The position numbers and the translations under genes are program-made. This document shows, piece by piece, positions 26,555 through 40,200 of a stretch of DNA of 64,000 nucleotides; position 1 is the stretch's first letter; each line of letters starts with the position of its first letter. The notes beneath the pieces were generated by a model. That model saw nothing but the letters and a program-made list of their open reading frames with translations. It had not been told where the DNA came from and searched no databases. The stretch is from Callorhinchus milii. Its lineage: Eukaryota. Where the stretch lies: assembly GCF_018977255.1 (NCBI RefSeq), contig NW_024704742.1:57910001-57974000 (forward strand), in the 5' to 3' direction.

Positions 26555-27454
26555 CATCTTCACTAAAATCTATTTCTCACCTTTTGGTCTACCCATCCGA
26601 TTCATACTGAATAAGAATTGCCACAAAGAAAAGTTTAAAAATTAAATATTGTTAGTAATATTGCTGATCTGGTCTAATCATCACTGCTAACTGTTGGGAT
26701 TCTCTACCCTTGTGCAAATATTTCACATTTAAAAATAATTCTTCAATTTCTTAGCAAGTAATTGTCCATAACAATTTACAAAATGATGTGACAATCAATC
26801 AATTCAATGCAAATTTTGCATGGTTTGTATACCATTGCATATTGTTAATGATAACAAGCCGGGGGTGTTAAAGTTAAAATTAGTGCAAGTTGAGAATTTG
26901 ATTAAAGCATAGGAACGCAACAAAATCAAAACAACATAAATGATATCCTGCAAAGACTAGCTCTTTAGTAACATTTCAGCAAGTTATTACGCTACCCAGA
27001 GCCTGAGACCTTTCAAGAGACCAAAGGAGTGTTGACATGAAGCTTTGTAATCATAATAATCCTTGCATTTGATATAATGCCTTATCACGTCTTTGAGACG
27101 TCTCAAAGAGCTTCACAGAATATACTGTAAAGTGCATTGATTGTACACTTTGTGGGTGAAACGCAGCAGCCAATAGCGCATAGCAGCTCCACAAACAATC
27201 AAAGATTGAAGTGACCAATTGATTATTTTTCTTTGAGAAGGAATTATTACCTCCAGTTAAGCAATCTGCCAATCGACTATCTCCCAGGTTCCTACTTTCT
27301 GCTAGGTAAACAGGCAATGTGGAGTAAGGAAACTTGCCCAACATTTCGCTTTTCCAACTGCTTAAACCACTGCTGGTTTTATATAACCACTGATGTGGTT
27401 ATATCTTCAGGGTGAAGGTTGGAGAATGGTGGTAATGTTCTCACATATTCAGGG

Positions 27455-28210
27455 TGAATTGTGCTGTTCACTAGATGGCTCAAGATGAGTTCCCAGCACT
27501 TGATATTCACAAAGAGAGGGCTTATCAGATGTCAAATGACTGATCACAATCCAACCAGTCTTCAACAACCTCTCAGGGGACTGGGCCAAAGTGGCCTTTA
27601 TATCAGAATGGGCTCTGCGAAGGATTTGTTAGTGTCCAATTTGGGCTTTCTGGGCTGTTGCAGGGTGGTTGTTAATGGAGGTGGTTGCTGAATGGAGGTG
27701 GTTGCTTGAGGTTTGATGGTACTTACTATTTTCTGGGGGAAGAGGGAAGGAGGAACACAGGGTCACTTTGAGATTGTACTGTTTCCAAAGTGATGTGCCT
27801 GGCAAATGGATTATTAGAATTTTGTCAATCCTCTTTGATGATCTCAGTAACCTGGCTGCTTTGGCAGGCAAGGCCTCCTAAGGCATTTCTGGTGGCAAAC
27901 TTGCAAGTCTAACTCATGAGCAAAACCTGGAGCAGCAGATCAATCATGAGGGCAGCAATTCATCCCACTTATCTCCTATTAACCCTGAAAGGCGGAGTTC
28001 TAATAGGAAGGCAATTCCTAGATAGAAAGGAGTGGGCACTTTGCAATGTCATGTTGTGCAGTTTTAGCTGGTTGAACAGTACACACTCAGTGGTCCCCAA
28101 ACCTTGGCTCTTGTCAATCTACACTGAACACTCCATGGTAAATTAAGCAGGGTGCATCCCTTCTGGAAGAGAATATGCACTATAGACAAATCTACATTTC
28201 TGTACATATG
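27455..28210 (+). mobile_element. RTE-X-like LINE 3' fragments (same family as 21205-22560)
   Basis: gcttatcagatgtcaaatgac, ctcctattaaccctg, aaccttggctcttgtcaa and gggtgcatccct match the reverse complement of 21300-21850; the middle portion is unassigned. Confidence 0.55.
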
Positions 28211-28784
28211 TGGAATTTTAAGAAGTTTAGTTTGAGCAATGATTGAACAAGCTAGGCCTCTCATAAGTTACCTTGTGGAGATTTTAAATAGGATTGAGAA
28301 AGTAAACTCCGAACAATACTTTTTGATGCATTGACAACAGAATAAACGGATTCAGATTTAAGGTTGCAAACCTGACCTGTTATGCTGCTTTGAAAATCTG
28401 TATACCTTATGCTGATCTGTAAAACTAGCAATCTCATTTATAGAGATGCAATAAAAAGATTACTATTTATTGGAATATGTTGCAAAGGGCAATTTCAAGA
28501 TAGATACTAGGAAGTATTAACAGCTGGAGCAGGTTCCCAGGGATCTCTGCGGTTGAGGTCAAAACACTGGACTTATTTTAAAAACATGTTGATCCTGTGT
28601 TGGAAGGATGGGGATTCTGGAAAAATAAGATCAACTGGGTGAAGAGCCTTCTTCATCCAGTTTTCAATCTTGTGATCTTGTGATACTTCAAGCCATCAAG
28701 CGTGGCAATCAGTTTCTCAACATGCCAGACATCCAGCTAACCGAAAATAAAATAGGGAACTTGGGCTCAATTTGATGATAATAA

Positions 28785-29153
28785 CTATAATCTTTGCATT
28801 TGATATAGTGCCTTATCACGTCATTGAAACGTCTCAAAACGCTTTACAGAATATACTGTAAGTGAATTAACGGTATATTTTGTGAGCAAAAAGCAGCAGC
28901 CAATTGCGCACAGCAGCCTCTCGCAAACAGTCTCGGATTAAGTGATCAAAATATCATTTTGTTATTAATTTTTTAAGGGATTATTATCCACAGAGAGCAA
29001 TCCGCCAGTCAACTAACAACTGGATTCCTACTTACTGCTAGGTAAACAGGCGTGTGGAGTAAGGAAAATTGGCTAAGGTTTTATCCTGCACAGGAATCAA
29101 ACTCGGTTTCTCTCGCTTGAGAGGCAAGTGCTCGAACCACTATGCTGCAGGAC
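28785..29153 (-). mobile_element. tRNA-headed SINE, longer variant with an internal ctgtttacctagcagtaagtaggaa segment
   Basis: Same head and 3' half as the young family plus about 60 nt of extra central sequence. Confidence 0.85.
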
Positions 29154-29599
29154 AATTCGTACTTGTTAGGTTCATTTTGCAACAAATCCAACTGCTCCTG
29201 AAACTTTCACCTTGTTTAGTGGGAGGAAGGAGCTTCCAATGTGATTCATGTTATCTTGACCCCAATTTTGCTTCATATTTTATGGAAATGTCCAATACAA
29301 ACACAGGGAGATCTACTGAAATAGAAAGCATTACAGAAGGAGTTGTTGGCTATACAATTGTCCAGCCAAATGGCCAAATGAATTACTGACAAATAAATAA
29401 TTGTGTATTGGTTGAAAAACAACAAAAAATTAAATTTACATAGCGCCTTTCACGTCAGAAGGACGTTCCAAGGCACTGGACAGTTAAAGATTTGCACCTG
29501 AGCTGGGGGTTAGAATTAAGAGTGGTGGAGGGTAGGGGGAGTACAGGTGGGAGTGTGGCCGAAGGCATGGTCAAAGAAAAACATCTTGAGACGGGTTTT

Positions 29600-29942
29600 C
29601 TGGGTTACAGCACTTGCCTCGCAAGTAAGAGGAACTGGGTTTGATTCCTGGGCAGGGTGAAATATTGGGCAAGTTTTTTTACTTCACATCCCTCTGTTTA
29701 TCTTGCGACTAGGTTGTTAGTCGATTGGTGGGGTTAATAATCGTTTAAAAGATAATAATAATAATTTGTTCACTTAATCCACGACTGTTTGTTGGACACT
29801 GCTGTGAACAATTGGCTGGTGTTTGCCCACAACATATACAGTCAATTCACTCTGCAGTGTATTCTGCAAAGTGCTTTGAGACATCTCAAAGATGTGATTA
29901 GGCACTATATCAAATGCAAGGATTATTTTTATTATTATTATT
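29600..29942 (+). mobile_element. tRNA-headed SINE, longer variant (decayed)
   Basis: B-box-like gggtttgattcc, central segment, shared 3' tail. Confidence 0.8.
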
Positions 29943-30368
29943 GAAGGAGGCAAGGGAAGGAACAAGGCGGAGGGATTCGGGAATGGAGTTCCAGATGGTG
30001 GGATCAGAAAAGCTGAAGGCCCAAACCCCAATGGTGGGGCGGCTAGGGTGGGGGACATGGAACAGCCTGCCAAATGGAGGGAATGGACTGGTTGCTATGG
30101 TTATAATAGGTTGCAGAGCTCGGGAGGAGCACGACTGTGGACAATGAGGATTATAAACTTGATCCTCTGAGGGATGGGGAGCCAGTGGAGCTGGGCGAGG
30201 AGGGGGTGATCATTTCACAGAGCTTGGTTAGCTTGGAAAAGAATGTGTGCATCATAAGGATACATATTAAATTGAGAAAGCGAGAAACTAAAGCAATCTG
30301 AGAATCATAGTTTAATTATCTTTAATAATGAAGACAACATTTTAATGACATAACAAAAAGATAACTAC

Positions 30369-30374
30369 TTTATT
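30369..30374 (-). terminator. candidate polyadenylation signal AATAAA for the SLC22 gene (a second candidate lies at 30970-30975)
   Basis: tttatt on the + strand, followed on the - strand by a U/GU-rich tract (tctttttgttatgtc...tgttgtc). Confidence 0.4.
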
Positions 30375-31120
30375 GCAATAGGTGTGTAACAAACCCAATT
30401 ACACAAGCCAGAATTATCCAGCCCATGTCCTCTTTCGAGCCAAGTTCTGTGAACCCATCATCATCAATCTTGCTTGGTTCCCCATCGCCTAGTGGATTCA
30501 GTTGGAGATACATGACCTATTTTCAAATTCCTGCATGGTCTTGCCCCACCTTAGCGCTGTGATTGCATACAGTGGTATATCTGTGGCCAGCCACTTTGCT
30601 CATCAAAATTTGAGCTTTCAGCTACAGAATTCCTCCACCTTACCCTTTTCTTCCTTGCTTTCAAAACGTACCTGAAGACGTATCTTTTTGACCATGTTTT
30701 CAACCACCTGCCTCCTCCCTGCTAACTTCCCAGGGAAGAGATGTTTTGATGTGATAAGGCACCGTAAAAATGCAGGTTAATTTGTTTGTTTCTTAATAAG
30801 CTTTGAAGAGAAAATAGAATGGGGTGGATAAAATTATTTCAGATTAAATCGTAAAACTATAAATGTAATAGTAAAGAGTAGATTTGAAACAGAAAATGGC
30901 ATGATAGAAGATTGAGCTTCAGTGAAACGAATAGCCTTTTCTCATCCATGACTTTTCTTATGTTCCTTTTTTATTGCATATTGTTAGGCTGACTGTAAAT
31001 TATGAAACACACTTAAAAAAAATGTTAATTTAAACAGAAGTAGATTTAATATGAGGGAAGTTTAAGTCTTCCACTATTTTCCTATTTCCTGAATAAGTAG
31101 CAAGTTGAAATTGTGACATT

Positions 31121-31214
31121 TTATGAATATACAGATAACTTCATCCTTCCAGTGCATTCATTGCTTCTTATTGGTGTCTTCTTTTCACCACAGAAATGAT
31201 GCCATTCTTCTAGA
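31121..31214 (-). CDS. SLC22A5: SLC22A4/5-like probable terminal exon 10
   Basis: Polypyrimidine tract tttcctcctgtttttccagttgttcag followed by (C)[30 protein letters not shown]. Poorly conserved; an alternative acceptor giving an exon start at 31222 yields an early TAG. Confidence 0.55.
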
Positions 31215-34200
31215 CTGAACAACTGGAAAAACAGGAGGAAAATTAAATATAAGCAATGCATTCATAAAAAATTTTTGAGAAGGGAGTTTCTCCCATTGTC
31301 CTGGCCAACAATCCCCCAAATAAAATTAGTCATTTATATCATGACTCCTTGGGGGACATCGCTGTGCACATTTGAGCTGCCTCATTCACCTGTAAATAAA
31401 TAAGCATTCCACAGTAAATTCTGTGAAGCAGTTTGAGACATTGTCTTGACGTGAGAGATGCTATACCAAAGGATTATTATTAAAGGATTATTATTATTAT
31501 TTAATCTGACTTTCTCTTCCTTTATGCAATCGCCTAGCCCCCTTCCCCTCTTCTCCCTTCCGTCCCCCCCACCCCCCAACTCCCTCCCCCCCGACCCCAG
31601 CTCGGGTCTGAAATGCTGTACTCTGTCCAGCGCCTTGGGACGTCCTCCCGACATGAAAGGCGCTATACAAATGTAATCTTGTTGTTGTTGTTTATTTTAA
31701 GGTGAAGGATGTCATCGCAGAGGAACTGGGCAATTCGACAAAGCGTCAACAGTGAGCACCCGCAGGTGAGTAATACAATACAAAATTACATTTATATAAC
31801 GCTTTCACATCGGGTGGACATTCCAAGGTACTAGATAGTCAGGGATTTGGACTCGGGCAAGGGATCGGGATTGGGAAGGGTAGGAGGGTGGCTGAAGGCT
31901 CGGTCGAAGAGGAGGGTTTTGAGATGCGCCTTGAAGGAAGCAATGGAGGGAGCGAAGCGAAGGGAATGTGGGATGGAGTTCCAAGGATAAACCTTGGCTA
32001 ACACGTTTCCAAATTAATAATAATAATCGTTGCATTTGATATAGTGCCTTATCATGTCATTGTGACTTCTCAATGCACTTTACTGAATGTACTATGAATT
32101 ATTATACTGTAAATTTAATTAACATATGGTAAATTAAAGTAAATTGTTGTTTACCTTATTGCTGTTTGTGGGCATTTGTTGCTGCATTTGACAGTAATTA
32201 TATATGAAGTGCTTTGAGAAATACTTTGAAGTGCTGATGAACCCTAAAAGTCACCACATTCTATAGTATATCTTTTGAAGCTCTTTGAGATACCTCAATG
32301 GCGTGATGAAGCATTATATCAAATTGGTAGTTTTATTAATATTGTGCCATATCAACATTGGAATGGTCCTGAGAGAATTCGGACTATAAAAAAATCATAC
32401 CCTTCCTATTAATAATAAGAACAGATATTTTTATTATGGTTGTTGGGTGTGTGCAGGGAGCACAAAGGATGTTTCTTTAGAAGAACATACCAATTGATAA
32501 AACCTTCATTGTTTACCATTCAAAGAATGAAAAGATTCTGGATTTTATCACAATGCTTTATTTTCTGCCAATTAAAACATATTCACTGCAAAACACACTT
32601 ACCATCTAATTGGCTGTGTCTGCTGAACAGTCTCTGGAAGAGATTGATCACGTGTTTCAGGAAGGATTAAACAGAGAGCTCCAGCGACCACAACTAGGAG
32701 ACCCATTAAAGGTAGTACTATGTTATACAATCCTAAAAATACAGAGGCAACATTACAACCATTTGTGTATTGAAATAATTTGCTCTTTTGAATCTTAATG
32801 TAATAAATTGACGTCAATTTATATACTACAAAAATATAGAGAAAAGCCAATTCAAGAAAATCTTGTAATTACATAGATTTATGTAAAATGTACAGCACAG
32901 AAACAAACTATTCAGGCCAACTCGTCAATGCCGGTGTTTATACTCCACACGCTTTCTTCTGTCCATTACCTTTCTATTCCTCGGCTTTCATGTTTATATC
33001 TAACTTTCTTTTAAATGCATTAATACTATATGATCCAACCATCGCTTCACGCAGCTAGTTCCACAAACTCACTGCCCTCTGCAAGAAGCAGTTGCTCCTA
33101 AACTCTTTTAGATCCCCTAATTGTTATTTGGTTACACTGAAGGCAACTCCGTAAAATTTGTTTGTAAACTGTCTAATCCTGTTTCTCACCAGTTTACAGC
33201 CATATGTGGGATATTGCTTTGTGCAAATTAGCTGCTGCATTTGCCTACAAAATGCACATTTTATAGTATATCTTTCGAAGTGGAGCAAATGTGGATAAAT
33301 GGAGTTGAATTACAGATCAGTCATGATATAGTAGAATGGCGGAACAGGCTCAAGGGGCTGAATGGCCTACTCTTGTTCCTATGTTACTATGGCAAATCTA
33401 ATATGAAAGGAATTATATGGCAAAAATAATAACGATTATTATTATTATTTTTACCATAAATCACGTCAGGAAAATTTTCTAAAAAGATTCAAAACTGAAA
33501 GAGGGACCCACTTGACACTAAATAATGGTAGCGAACACACCACAGTGGTGCAAATGAAAGCAGAAAAAACTCCCCAGGCAGATACATTCAGCAGAAAACC
33601 CCAGCATTACTATCAATCTGAAAGTCAGTACAACATTCCACAATCCACTTTGTGTATGTCACCAGGCATCATGTACACTTGACCTTGTGATTTTTATACC
33701 ATATATCACTAGAAATAAACCTGGATACATATTTGGAGAATGGGGATATTAAGGCATTAAGAGATATGAAGAAAAGGTGGGAAAAAGATGTGATGATCTT
33801 ATAAAATGGCAGAACTGCCTCAATGAGCTGAATTACTTACCCCTGTTCTTATATTACTATGTTATTTCCTTTGCTCTGGCCCCACAACAATCTGATGTGT
33901 ATATATAGCCTTTTATGTCAGCCTGGCTTAGTTGGTAGCTCTTTCTTTCTGATTCTGAAGGTAGTGGATTCAAGACCACCTTTGGCACTTTCAGTTCAAA
34001 GTCTAGATAGGCTGACACTCAAATGGGGGGATGGCTGCAATGTCAGAGGTGCCATGCTTCAGATGAGAAGCCAAATCAAAGTTCCTGTTTGTCTATTCAT
34101 GTGGACAATCAAGAATCTATGGTATTATTTGAAAAGGGAAAGGAGTTTCTCCTGGTGCCCTGAACAATAATCCCCCAGATAAAATTGGGTGTTTGTAGGA

Positions 34201-37200
34201 CATTGCTGTGTGCAAATTGGCTGCTAAATTCACCTATAAATACATAGTCACTACACTTCACAATAGGTTCTGTGAAATGCTGTGAGATATCTTGACAATG
34301 TAATTAGGTGCTAAATCAATTCAAGGATTATTATTATATACAGTTCAAAGCTTCTGGAAAATAGTTATTCAAACATTTTAGAAGCTGTGAAATAAAGCAT
34401 TAGCAATACATACCAAGATAAAAAACATACGGGGAGATTATGGCACCAATCCTGGATACCGTAGAACATGCCCCAACTCCCATGTTTCTTAATACAGTTG
34501 GATACAGCTCAGCTGCGTAAATATAGATTATAATGAAGGCAGATGTAATGGCAAATTTTCCAATCATTGCTAATGCCGTGGTAATCACATATACATCTGT
34601 GAAACGCAAATGAAAAAATATAAACTTCATTGCAAGAAATGTTCGACTACAAAATATACAGTCACTACATATACAAAAACTCCTGTTATGTGCGTTGAGA
34701 CACCCTCACATCATATAAGGTGTTATATCAAATACAAGGGTTAATATTATTATTACAAATGTTCTTCTCCTCTATTGGTTTCTCCTCCTGCCCCAGTCAC
34801 CTGTGATGTACCCCAAGGCTCTATTCTCAACCCAATCATTTTCTCATTTTCATGCTCTCTCTTGGTGATATTATCCACAGAAATGGGGCCAACTTCCACA
34901 TGTATGCAGATTATACTGAAATCTATTATTTTTCCTCCTTGCCGTGGTTCCAGTCCTATCAATTTTCTGTTTGTCTGACATCAAGGTTTGCATGAGCACC
35001 AACTTTCTGAACACGACAAAAGGCATCCTCCTTGGCAACGGTCAGTATCTTTTCACTTGCGGTTCTAAACTCTTTAACCTTCCCTGCCGTCCCTCAGACT
35101 CACCGAACCTGAGCATCCTTGGTGTCAGGTTCAATCCCCAGTTATCTTTCCTATCCTACATTCAGTCCCTGACCAGGACTACCTTTCTACACCTCCACAA
35201 CATCACTTGCATTCACCCCTATCTTACTTCAAACACTGCTAAAACTTTAATTCATGCTTTCGTCACCTCCTGCCTCAATTTTTCCAATCACTCCTTGCTG
35301 GTCTTCCCAGCTCCACTATAGACAAAGTGCAACTGATTGAAAACTCTGTCGCCTATTACCTCACCCATACCAAACTCTACATCCCATTGTCCCAGTTCTT
35401 CCTAGGCTCCACTGGCTCCCTGTTACATAACGGATCAATTTCAAGATCCTCGCTCTCTCTTCATGCCCTCACATCTCCCTACCTCTTCCACGTGTTCACA
35501 CCTACTCCACTTCGTTTGTTTAAATTGACTAATCATCCCTTTGTTGATTTATTGTTTTTTTCTGTTGGCTTGGATCTTCTGCACTTCCTTCATCTCCTAC
35601 TCTCCGCCAATGCTGACCATGCTTTCAACTACTCAGCCCTGAATCTGTGGAACTGCCTCTCTCAATCCCTCCATCTTCATATCACAGAACCATAGAATGA
35701 TAGAATTATATATCACCATAGAAGGCCATTCGGCCCATCATGTCTGTGCTGGTTCTTTGAAAAGAGCTATCAATTCAATCCCACTCTCCCACTCTTTCCC
35801 CATAGCTCTACAAACTTGTCCTCTCCAACTAATTATCTAGACCTCTTTTTGCTCATCTTCAAATCACCCCTGAAGGATTTTCTCCTTATCTATGCCTTCG
35901 GACTTCTCCCCACTTTTTCCAGCTCAGCGGCAAATCACATCACTGTTAAGCGCTCCAAGATGCTATCCACTTGAGGGACTCTATATAAATAAATATATAA
36001 ACTTGTCATCTCCTATTATGATTTTACCCTCAATACTAATAGTATTCATTAAAAGACTTCAGCAAAATATCTAAAAATATTTATTCATATTCATCACATT
36101 TATTTATATTTATCCAGGCTCGACTACGGTAACTCCCTGCTTGTCGCCCTTCCAAACTCAACAACAAAATCTTGCATTTATATAGCGATCTTCACGCGGG
36201 CTAGCATCCGGAACACGTGACAGTGGCGGAGTCTGACCCTGAGAGAGGCGGAGATGGAGGTGGGAAGTGACGAGGGACAAACAGGATGCAGAAATCAGTT
36301 GATCAGAGGTAGTGGGTGTGGCATAGGGGGTAAGCAGATTGGATAATAGGGAGGTACGAGGACATGAAAGGATTTGAAAATACGTCAGAGGCTCTTGAAA
36401 TCGATCCATTTGGTAATTGGGAGCCAGTGAAGCCTGGCAAGGACTCGTGTGATGGGGGTATGGAGTTTTGTATGGATGAGTATCCAAGCAATGGAGTTTG
36501 GGATTAATTAAATTTGGGTATGGTGGAGCTGGGGAGTCCAGTGAGGAGGGCATTGGTATAGTCCAGCTGGTAAATAACATTTATAGAGCGCCTTTCACAT
36601 CGGGAGGATGTCCCAAGGTACTGGACAGTCAGGGATCAGGACCTGAGCATGGGGAGGTGTGGGATAGAGGTGGGAGGGTGACTGAAGGCACGATCGAAGA
36701 AGAGTCTTCAGACAGTCCTTGAAGGAAACAAGGGAGGAAGAGAGGTGAAGGGACTATGGGATGGAGGTCTGGAGTATCGGGGCAAAGAGGCTGAAAGCCC
36801 AGTCACCGATGGTCAGGCGGGAGACATGGAGCAGGCCGGAGCCTGCTGAACGGAGGGAGCAGGCAGATTGGTAGGGAGTCAGCAGGTCAGAGAGTAGGAG
36901 GGGGCAAGGCCATGGATGGCCTTGAAATTGAGGACGAGGATCTTGAATTCGATCCTCTGAGGGATGGGGAGCCAGTAGAGTCAGGCGAGGGTGGGAGTGA
37001 TGGGGTCACAGAGCCTGGTGGTGAGAGTACATGAGCTGCATAGTTTTGGATGATCTGCAGCTTGTGAAGGGAAGAGTTGTGAAGGCCGATGAGGAGGGAG
37101 TTTCCATAATCGAGCCTTGATGTGACGAATGCATGGGTGACGCTTTGGCAGCCTGAGGGGTGAGGCAGTGGTGGAGTCTGACAATGTAGCAGAGGTGGTG

Positions 37201-40200
37201 GTAAGCAGTGCCAGTCATGGTGCGGATGCGGGGAAGAAAGGACAGTTCAGGGTCAAACAAGACACCCAGGTTCCTGACTGGCTCAGTGAGGTTGAGTGTG
37301 CAGCCGTGGAGGATCTGACAGTGCCCGAGGTGCGGAGGCACTGGCATGAGCCAATCAGTAGGGCCTCGGTCTTGCTGACGTTCAGTTGGAGAAAGTTGTC
37401 CCTCTTCCAGGACTTGATGTCAGACAGTCAGTCAATCAGAATGCCAGTAGTCCTGGAGTTGAAGGTGGAGGCAGAGAGATAGAGTTGGGTGTCATCCGTA
37501 TACATATGGAAAGTTACCCCATGTCTGCGGATGATGTCACCAAAGGGGAGCATGTAGAGGGTGAAGAGGAGGGGACTGAGGATAGAGCTCTGAGGAACAC
37601 TGCACGAGATGGTGCGAAGGCTGGAGGAGAAGCCGTTTGCAAAGAAGGTGTGGACAAGGATTTCGGCTGCTTTGGTTGTGAGGTAAGAACCAGGTGGGTA
37701 ATGTGACAGAAGTAGATAAAAGCAGTCCTGGTCAAGGAATGCATGTGGGGTAGAAAAGAAAGCTGGGGATCAAACCTGACACCTAAGTTGTGCATGAGTT
37801 TGGCCTGAGGAAGAGCCCAGGGAGCTTCCATCCACAAGCTGCAGATCAACCAGAACACCTTGTGTCCTCTTCCGCACTAGGCTACGTGACCCTATCACCC
37901 CACCATTGCCGGGCTCCGCAGGCTCTCCATCCCCCAGAGGATGGAGTTCAAAATCCTTGTCCTTGTCTTCAAGGCCCTCCATGGCCTTGCTCCACACTAT
38001 TTCTGTGACTTGCTAACTCCTTATCAACCGGTCTGCCCCCTCTGCTCAGCAGCTCCGGCCTGCTCCATGCCCCCCTTCCGACCTGCCCCACCATCAGCAG
38101 TCAGGCCTTCAGCCTCTCTGCCTCCACCCTTTGGAACTTCATCCCACAGTCCCTTCATCTCACTCCCTCTCATGCTTCCTTCAAGGTCCTTCTGAAGACC
38201 TCTTCTTTGACTGAGCTTTTGGTCACCCTCCTATCCTTCCTGCCCTCCATCCCTCCTGACCCGAACCCCCAGCTTGGGTCCAAATCCCTGATTGTCCAAC
38301 ACCTTAGGACATCCTCCCGATGTGAAACACGAAATGCAAATGTAATTTGTTGTTCCTGATATTACTTACTTGCTGGCACCAATTGAATCAGTAGCAACAG
38401 AGTTCCACCAAGTGACAACATCGAGGCAGTTGTAATTCTTCGAAGTGCTGTGGGCAGCAACCACCAAGTGAACAAGTACGCTCCAATTTCAGAAGCTGCA
38501 CTGATAAAGCAGTTGATGTAGGGATTTCCATTCATGTTAGAAGTATTCACAGATAATCCAAAGTAAGTCATCGATGTGACTATCCTGCAAAAAGATGATA
38601 AGAAAGTTTCCAATTCCATGACCTGAATTCAAAGTAGTAAGAAATATTCTTGCAAATTTACTCAACTGAATAAAGATTTTAATTTTTAGAATTTTTCATT
38701 AAAATCTTGATAAATAAACCCTCACTCACCATATAAAGAAGAATAGGATTGTGATGTTTCTTATATTGGATGTTCTGAACAAATCCAAGTAGGTGAGCAC
38801 ATCTTGATCACTAATCCTAGGATTATGGAGCTGGAAAGTATGAAAAGCAATTTGATCAAATAATGCTTACACATACAGCACCTTTCAGGCTGAAATAAAT
38901 ATTTCAAAGCACTTTACAAAATAGAATTCATTAGAAACTACAGTGAAATAGAAACAAACAAATTACATTGTATAGCCCTTTGAAGAGGGCAAGGTCGAAG
39001 AGGAGGGTTTTGAGATGTGCCTTGAAGGAGGCAAAGGAGGTAGCAAGGTGAAGGGACTGGGGGATGGAGTTCCAATGGTTGTGGTGAAGAGGCTGAAGGT
39101 CCAACCACCGATGGTGGGGTGGATTGGGCAGTGGAACTGGAGCAGGGCAGAGCCTGATGGGTGGAGAGAGCAGCTAGCTTGATGTGGGGTTAGCAGGTCA
39201 CAGAGGTAGAAAGGGGCAAGGCTGTGGAGGGCCTTGAAGGCGAGGACGAGGGTTTTGAATTCTATTGTATGAGGGAAGGGAAGCTAGTGGAGGTAGTCGA
39301 GTGTGGGGGTGATAGGGTCATGGAGTTTGGCACAGGAGAGGACATGAGCTGAAGTGTTCTGGATGATCTGCATCTTGTGGAGGGAAGAATTGGGAAGGCC
39401 AACAAGCAGGGAGTTGCTCTTTGACCGTGCCTTCAGCTCCCCTCTCGACTCTCTTCCTCCTCCTCGCTCCCTCCCTTCCCTCCCCTCACCCTGACCATTT
39501 CCCCCCATCCTCTCTCCCTCCCTTCCCTCCCCTCACCCTGAGCATTTCCCCCCTGCTCGGGTCATGACCCAACTGTGCAGCGCCTTGGGACGTCCTCCTG
39601 ACGTGAAAGGCGCTCTATAAATGGAATCTTGTTGTTGTTGTTGTTGTTGTTGTAGTTGAGCCTAGATGTGATAAATACGTGGATGAGGGTTTTGGTGGCC
39701 TGAAGAGAGAAGCAGTGCCGAAGCCGGGCAATGTTGCGGAGATGGGGTAGAAAGGATATTTGAGGGTCAAACACGACAGCAAGGTTCCCAGACTGGCTCA
39801 GCGAGGTGGAGTGTGCATCCATGGATGGTGATGCTGTCAGTGACTGTGGTGTGGAGGCGCTGATGGGAGCCAATCAGGAGGCCCTCAGTCTTGTTGACGT
39901 TCAACTGTAGAAACTTAGCTTTCATCCAGGACTTGATATCTGACAGACATTCTGTCAGGACAGCAGTGGTCCTGGAGCCAAGAGTGGAGACAGAGAGATA
40001 GAGTTGGGTGTCATCCATATTCATGTGGAAGTTGATCCCTTGTCTGTGGATGATATCACCACGAGAGAGCATGTAGATATTGAAGAGAGGACCAAGCAAG
40101 GAGCCCTGAGGAACACTGTACGAGATGGCTGGAGGAGAAGTGATTTGTAGAGACAAAGTGGAGACAGTGTGAAAGGTAGGATCTGAACCAGTCAAGGACA

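Noticed and set aside
37647..38353. Apparent twin-priming 5' inversion of an L2
   Set aside because: The inverted piece is subfamily B and continues at 36158-36571, while the plus piece continues from 36113-36157. Nested insertion explains the arrangement.
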